Translations under genes and position numbers: made by a program
DNA from: Eledone cirrhosa
Lineage: Eukaryota
Assembly (NCBI GenBank): GCA_964016885.1
Contig: OZ024740.1
Span: 301,258,001-301,322,000, forward strand
Direction: 5' to 3'
Length of the DNA: 64,000 nt
The notes under the pieces: model-generated
The model's input: only the letters and a program-made list of their open reading frames with translations
The model's database searches: none
Told to the model about the DNA's origin: nothing
Shown: in pieces, positions 56,301-64,000 of the stretch
Layout: each line of letters opens with the position of its first letter
Numbering within the stretch: the first letter of the stretch is position 1

Positions 56301-59300
56301 CCACCTAGGTACTATGACATAACCTGTGTATTTGCTGGCATGGACGTGCATCTGTGCGCCTATGTTAGTTGATATATTAAATTATCTATATTTATCTCCA
56401 AATCACTGATTTGTCGAGCAAACCTGCCAAAATCACTTCAAAATTTTTTTTGGGGTGTTAGTAGGCGTCAGTCATCTTACCATCCCATTCCTTCTAACTA
56501 GCCTCTATGTCACGTGATTGATTCTTTAGAATCGGCCATTTGACTGGAAGCAGTGAGAATTTCAGTACATAGAATCCAGTCCTCGCCTAGCTGTTCTTTC
56601 TACCGAATTATTATTTTTATATGAGCCGCCAGTGTCCGCGCATTGCCTGGAGGCTCAGCTGAGAATAGACTCCCTGATGACGCAATGAATTCTCGACAGT
56701 TGGATTATGTAACTGTCTTTATCCCATTGCAGAAACTAATTAGTTGGAGTGAAAATTTAAGTAAGTAAGTAAAAAATTTTTTTTAAAGTTTTTTTTAAAA
56801 ATATTTTCTTATTTTACGTATTTTATATTATTGTTCTGCACCCTCCTGCATTGAACCACCTAGGTACTATGACATAACCTGTGTATTTGCTGGCATGGAC
56901 GTGCATCTGTGCGCCTATGTTAGTTGATATATTAAATTATCTATATTTATCTCCAAATCATTGATTTGTCGAGCAAACCTGCCAAAACCACTTCAAAATT
57001 TTTTTGGGGTGTTAGTAGGCGTCAGTCATCTTACCATCCCATTCCTTCTAACTAGCCTCTATGTCACGTGATTGATTCTTTAGAATCGGCCATTTGACTG
57101 GAAGCAGTGAGAATTTCAGTACATAGAATCCAGTCCTCGCCTAGCTGTTCTTTCTACCGAATTATTATTTTTATATGAGCCGCCAGTGTCCGCGCATTGC
57201 CTGGAGGCTCAGCTGAGAATAGACTCCCTGATGACGCAATGAATTCTCGACAGTTGGATTATGTAACTGTCTTTATCCCATTACAGAAACTAATTAGTTG
57301 GAGTGAAAATTTAAGTAAGTAAAAAATTTTTTTAAAAATTTTTTTTAAAAAATATTTTCTTATTTTACGTCTTTTATATTATTGTTCTGCACCCTCCTGC
57401 ATTGAACCACCTAGGTACTATGACATAACCTGTGTATTTGCTGGCATGGACGTGCATCTGTGCGCCTATGTTAGTTGATATATTAAATTATCTATATTTA
57501 TCTCCAAATCACTGATTTGTCGAGCAAACCTGCCAAAATCACTTCAAAATTTTTTTTGGGGTGTTAGTAGGCGTCAGTCATCTTACCATCCCATTCCTTC
57601 TAACTAGCCTCTATGTCACGTGATTGATTCTTTAGAATCGGCCATTTGACTGGAAGCAGTGAGAATTTCAGTACATAGAATCCAGTCCTCGCCTAGCTGT
57701 TCTTTCTACCGAATTATTATTTTTATATGAGCCGCCAGTGTCCGCGCATTGCCTGGAGGCTCAGCTGAGAATAGACTCCCTGATGACGCAATGAATTCTC
57801 GACAGTTGGATTATGTAACTGTCTTTATCCCATTGCAGAAACTAATTAGTTGGAGTGAAAATTTAAGTAAGTAAGTAAAAAATTTTTTTTAAAGTTTTTT
57901 TTAAAAATATTTTCTTATTTTACGTATTTTATATTATTGTTCTGCACCCTCCTGCATTGAACCACCTAGGTACTATGACATAACCTGTGTATTTGCTGGC
58001 ATGGACGTGCATCTGTGCGCCTATGTTAGTTGATATATTAAATTATCTATATTTATCTCCAAATCATTGATTTGTCGAGCAAACCTGCCAAAACCACTTC
58101 AAAATTTGTTTGGGGTGTTAGTAGGCGTCAGTCATCTTACCATCCCATTCCTTCTAACTAGCCTCTATGTCACGTGATTGATTCTTTAGAATCGGCCATT
58201 TGACTGGAAGCAGTGAGAATTTCAGTACATAGAATCCAGTCCTCGCCTAGCTGTTCTTTCTACCGAATTATTATTTTTATATGAGCCGCCAGTGTCCGCG
58301 CATTGCCTGGAGGCTCAGCTGAGAATAGACTCCCTGATGACGCAATGAATTCTCGACAGTTGGATTATGTAACTGTCTTTATCCCATTACAGAAACTAAT
58401 TAGTTGGAGTGAAAATTTAAGTAAGTAAAAAATTTTTTTAAAAATTTTTTTTAAAAAATATTTTCTTATTTTACGTCTTTTATATTATTGTTCTGCACCC
58501 TCCTGCATTGAACCACCTAGGTACTATGACATAACCTGTGTATTTGCTTGCATGGACGTGCATCTGTGCGCCTATGTTAGTTGATATATTAAATTATCTG
58601 TATTTATCTCCAAATCACTGATTTGTCGAGCAAACCTGCCAAAACCACTTCAAAATTTTTTTTGGGGTGTTAGTAGGCGTCAGTCATCTTACCATCCCAT
58701 TCCTTCTAACTAGCCTCTATGTCACGTGATTGATTCTTTAGAATCGGCCATTTGACTGGAAGCAGTGAGAATTTCAGTACATAGAATCCAGTCCTCGCCT
58801 AGCTGTTCTTTCTACCGAATTATTATGTCTATATGAGCCGCCAGTGTCCGCGCATTGCCTGGAGGCTCAGCTGAGAATAGACTCCCTGATGACGCAATGA
58901 ATTCTCGACAGTTGGATTATGTAACTGTCTTTATCCCATTGCAGAAACTAATTAGTTGGAGTGAAAATTTAAGTAAGTAAGTAAAAAATTTTTTTAAAAT
59001 CTTTTTAAAAAATATTTTCTTATTTTACGTCTTTTATATTATTGTTCTGCACCCTCCTGCATTGACCCACCTAGGTACTATGACATAACCTGTGTATTTG
59101 CTGGCATGGACGTGCATCTGTGCGCCTATGTTAGTTGATATATTAAATTATCTATATTTATCTCCAAATCACTGATTTGTCGAGCAAACCTGCCAAAATC
59201 ACTTCAAAATTTTTTTTGGGGTGTTAGTAGGCGTCAGTCATCTTACCATTCCATTCCTTCTAACTAGCCTCTATGTCACGTGATTGATTCTTTAGAATCG

Positions 59301-62300
59301 GCCATTTGACTGGAAGCAGTGAGAATTTCAGTACATAGAATCCAGTCCTCGCCTAGCTGTTCTTTCTACCGAATTATTATTTTTATATGAGCCGCCAGTG
59401 TCCGCGCATTGCCTGGAGGCTCAGCTGAGAATAGACTCCCTGATGACGCAATGAATTCTCGACAGTTGGATTATGTAACTGTCTTTATCCCATTGCAGAA
59501 ACTAATTAGTTGGAGTGAAAATTGAAGTAAGTAAGTAAAAAAATTTTTTTAAAGTTTTTTAAAAAAATATTTTCTTATTTTACGTCTTTTATATTATTGT
59601 TCTGCACCCTCCTGCATTGAACCACCTAGGTACTATGACATAACCTGTTTATTTGCTGGCATGGACGTGCATCTGTGCGCCTATGTTAGTTGATATATTA
59701 AATTATCTATATTTATCTCCAAATCACTGATTTGTCGAGCAAACCTGCCAAAATCACTTCAAAATTTTTTTTGGGGTGTTAGTAGGCGTCAGTCATCTTA
59801 CCATTCCATTCCTTCTAACTAGCCTCTATGTCACGTGATTGATTCTTTAGAATCGGCCATTTGACTGGAAGCAGTGAGAATTTCAGTACATAGAATCCAG
59901 TCCTCGCCTAGCTGTTCTTTCTACCGAATTATTATTTTTATATGAGCCGCCAGTATCCGCGCATTGCCTGGAGGCTCAGCTGAGAATAGACTCCCTGATG
60001 ACGCAATGAATTCTCGACAGTTGGATTATGTAACTGTCTTTATCCCATTGCAGAAACTAATTAGTTGGAGTGAAAATTGAAGTAAGTAAGTAAAAAATTT
60101 TTTTTAAAGTTTTTTTAAAAAATATTTTCTTATTTTACGTATTTTATATTATTGTTCTGCACCCTCCTGCATTGAACCACCTAGGTACTATGACATAACC
60201 TGTGTATTTGCTGGCATGGACGTGCATCTGTGCGCCTATGTTAGTTGATATATTAAATTATCTATATTTATCTCCAAATCACTGATTTGTCGAGCAAACC
60301 TGCCAAAACCACTTCAAAATTTTTTTTGGGGTGTTAGTAGGCGTCAGTCATCTTACCATCCCATTCCTTCTAACTAGCCTCTATGTCACGTGATTGATTC
60401 TTTAGAATCGGCCATTTGACTGGAAGCAGTGAGAATTTCAGTACATAGAATCCAGTCCTCGCCTAGCTGTTCTTTCTACCGAATTATTATTTTTATATGA
60501 GCCGCCAGTGTCCGCGCATTGCCTGGAGGCTCAGCTGAGAATAGACTCCCTGATGACGCAATGAATTCTCGACAGTTGGATTATGTAACTGTCTTTATCC
60601 CATTACAGAAACTAATTATTTGGAGTGAAAATTTAAGTAAGTAAGTAAAAAATGTTTTTAAAAATTTTTTTAAAAAAATATTTTCTTATTTTACGTCTTT
60701 TATATTATTGTTCTGCACCCTCCTGCATTGAACCACCTAGGTACTATGACATAACCTGTGTATTTGCTGGCATGGACGTGCATCTGTGCGCCTATGTTAG
60801 TTGATATATTAAATTATCTATATTTATCTCCAAATCACTGATTTGTCGAGCAAACCTGCCAAAATCACTTCAAAATTTTTTTTGGGGTGTTAGTAGGCGT
60901 CAGTCATCTTACCATCCCATTCCTTCTAACTAGCCTCTATGTCACGTGATTGATTCTTTAGAATCGGCCATTTGACTGGAAGCAGTGAGAATTTCAGTAC
61001 ATAGAATCCAGTCCTCGCCTAGCTGGTCTTTCTACCGAATTATTATTTTTATATGAGCCGCCAGTGTCCGCGCATTGCCTGGAGGCTCAGCTGAGAATAG
61101 ACTCCCTGATGACGCAATGAATTCTCGACAGTTGGATTATGTAACTGTCTTTATCCCATTGCAGAAACTAATTAGTTGGAGTGAAAATTTAAGTAAGTAA
61201 GTAAAAAATTTTTTTAAAAGTTTTTTTTAAAAATATTTTCTTATTTTACGTATTTTATATTATTGTTCTGCACCCTCCTGCATTGAACCACCTAGGTACT
61301 ATGACATAACCTGTGTATTTGCTGGCATGGACGTGCATCTGTGCGCCTATGTTAGTTGATATATTAAATTATCTATATTTATCTCCAAATCATTGATTTG
61401 TCGAGCAAACCTGCCAAAACCACTTCAAAATTTTTTTGGGGTGTTAGTAGGCGTCAGTCATCTTACCATCCCATTCCTTCTAACTAGCCTCTATGTCACG
61501 TGATTGATTCTTTAGAATCGGCCATTTGACTGGAAGCAGTGACAATTTCAGTACATAGAATCCAGTCCTCGCCTAGCTGTTCTTTCTACCGAATTATTAT
61601 TTTTATATGAGCCGCCAGTGTCCGCGCATTGCCTGGAGGCTCAGCTGAGAATAGACTCCCTGATGACGCAATGAATTCTCGACAGTTGGATTATGTAACT
61701 GTCTTTATCCCATTACAGAAACTAATTAGTTGGAGTGAAAATTTAAGTAAGTAAAAAATTTTTTTAAAAATTTTTTTTAAAAAATATTTTCTTATTTTAC
61801 GTCTTTTATATTATTGTTCTGCACCCTCCTGCATTGAACCACCTAGGTACTATGACATAACCTGTGTATTTGCTGGCATGGACGTGCATCTGTGCGCCTA
61901 TGTTAGTTGATATATTAAATTATCTATATTTATCTCCAAATCACTGATTTGTCGAGCAAACCTGCCAAAACCACTTCAAAATTTTTTTTGGGGTGTTAGT
62001 AGGCGTCAGTCATCTTACCATCCCATTCCTTCTAACTAGCCTCTATGTCACGTGATTGATTCTTTAGAATCGGCCATTTGACTGGAAGCAGTGAGAATTT
62101 CAGTACATAGAATCCAGTCCTCGCCTAGCTGTTCTTTCTACCGAATTATTATGTTTATATGAGCCGCCAGTGTCCGCGCATTGCCTGGAGGCTCAGCTGA
62201 GAATAGACTCCCTGATGACGCAATGAATTCTCGACAGTTGGATTATGTAACTGTCTTTATCCCATTGCAGAAACTAATTAGTTGGAGTGAAAATTTAAGT

Positions 62301-64000
62301 AAGTAAGTAAAAAATTTTTTTTAAAATCTTTTTAAAAAATATTTTCTTATTTTACGTCTTTTATATTATTGTTCTGCACCCTCCTGCATTGACCCACCCA
62401 GGTACTATGACATAACCTGTGTATTTGCTGGCATGGACGTGCATCTGTGCGCCTATGTTAGTTGATATATTAAATTATCTATATTTATCTCCAAATCACT
62501 GATTTGTCGAGCAAACCTGCCAAAATCACTTCAAAATTTTTTTTGGGGTGTTAGTAGGCGTCAGTCATCTTACCATTCCATTCCTTCTAACTAGCCTCTA
62601 TGTCACGTGATTGATTCTTTAGAATCGGCCATTTGACTGGAAGCAGTGAGAATTTCAGTACATAGAATCCAGTCCTCGCCTAGCTGTTCTTTCTACCGAA
62701 TTATTATTTTTATATGAGCCGCCAGTGTCCGCGCATTGCCTGGAGGCTCAGCTGAGAATAGACTCCCTGATGACGCAATGAATTCTCGACAGTTGGATTA
62801 TGTAACTGTCTTTATCCCATTGCAGAAACTAATTAGTTGGAGTGAAAATTGAAGTAAGTAAGTAAAAAATTTTTTTTAAAGTTTTTAAAAAAAATATTTT
62901 CTTATTTTACGTCTTTTATATTATTGTTCTGCACCCTCCTGCATTGCACCACCTAGGTACTATGACATAACCTGTGTATTTGCTGGCATGGACGTGCATC
63001 TGTGCGCCTATGTTAGTTGATATATTAAATTATCTATATTTATCTCCAAATCACTGATTTGTCGAGCAAACCTGCCAAAATCACTTCAAAATTTTTTTTG
63101 GGGTGTTAGTAGGCGTCAGTCATCTTACCATCCCATTCCTTCTAACTAGCCTCTATGTCACGTGATTGATTCTTTAGAATCGGCCATTTGACTGGAAGCA
63201 GTGAGAATTTCAGTACATAGAATCCAGTCCTCGCCTAGCTGTTCTTTCTACCGAATTATTATTTTTATATGAGCCGCCAGTGTCCGCGCATTGCCTGGAG
63301 GCTCAGCTGAGAATAGACTCCCTGATGACGCAATGAATTCTCGACAGTTCGATTATGTAACTGTCTTTATCCCATTGCAGAAACTAATTAGTTGGAGTGA
63401 AAATTGAAGTAAGTAAGTAAAAAATTTTTTTTAAAGTTTTTTTAAAAAATATTTTCTTATTTTACGTATTTTATATTATTGTTCTGCACCCTCCTGCATT
63501 GAACCACCTAGGTACTATGACATAACCTGTGTATTTGCTGGCATGGACGTGCATCTGTGCGCCTATGTTAGTTGATATATTAAATTATCTATATTTATCT
63601 CCAAATCACTGATTTGTCGAGCAAACCTGCCAAAATCACTTCAAAATTTTTTTTGGGGTGTTAGTAGGCGTCAGTCATCTTACCATCCCATTCCTTCTAA
63701 CTAGCCTCTATGTCACGTGATTGATTCTTTAGAATCGGCCATTTGACTGGAAGCAGTGACAATTTCAGTACATAGAATCCAGTCCTCGCCTAGCTGTTCT
63801 TTCTACCGAATTATTATTTTTATATGAGCCGCCAGTGTCCGCGCATTGCCTGGAGGCTCAGCTGAGAATAGACTCCCTGATGACGCAATGAATTCTCGAC
63901 AGTTGGATTATGTAACTGTCTTTATCCCATTGCAGAAACTAATTAGTTGGAGTGAAAATTTAAGTAAGTAAGTAAAAAATTTTTTTAAAAGTTTTTTTTA
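50353..64000 (+). repeat. tandem array of a ~555-bp non-coding HHR-containing unit (24 full units + 1 partial; runs off the window)
   Basis: Unit start agtaggcgtcagtc at 50353, 50908, 51463, 52019 ... 63108, 63663; copies differ by only a few substitutions. Confidence 0.97.
50562..50643 (+). ncRNA. type I hammerhead ribozyme (first of 25 copies)
   Basis: ACTCC-CTGATGA-c-GCAATG..[GACAGTT/AACTGTC hairpin]..CATTGC-a-GAAAC-TAATTA-GTT-GGAGT; predicted cleavage 3' of 50638. Confidence 0.88.

Noticed and set aside
50353-64000. Array as CRISPR, 5S rDNA, or an snRNA/tRNA/spliced-leader cluster
   Set aside because: No unique spacers and no recognisable 5S, U-snRNA or tRNA sequence; the HHR plus inverted leader explain it better

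Overview
This is AT-rich, microsatellite-dense eukaryotic DNA with no host gene I can support. The tRNA-derived SINE and the repeat landscape suggest an octopus or other cephalopod, but that is an inference. The window is dominated by Penelope-like retroelements (PLEs: Naiad-type, Neptune-type and a third GIY-YIG family) and by many non-coding derivatives inserted in (TA)n tracts. Most of these carry type I hammerhead ribozyme (HHR) motifs and inverted or tandem terminal repeats. The last 13.7 kb (50229-64000) is a (TA)n-anchored, head-to-tail array of about 25 copies of a ~555-bp non-coding unit. Each unit contains a complete HHR motif with a palindromic stem III, and the array is preceded by an inverted partial copy, making it a retrozyme-like concatemer. 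At least ten sequence-unrelated HHR families occur, including U3-A8 covariant cores and a recurrent C.A mismatch at the base of stem II. Also present are about 17 copies of one SINE family (several with clear TSDs) and decayed R4/Dong-like, RTE-like, L1/Tx1-like and Gypsy remnants. All structures were derived by eye; coordinates are approximate and ribozyme activity is untested.
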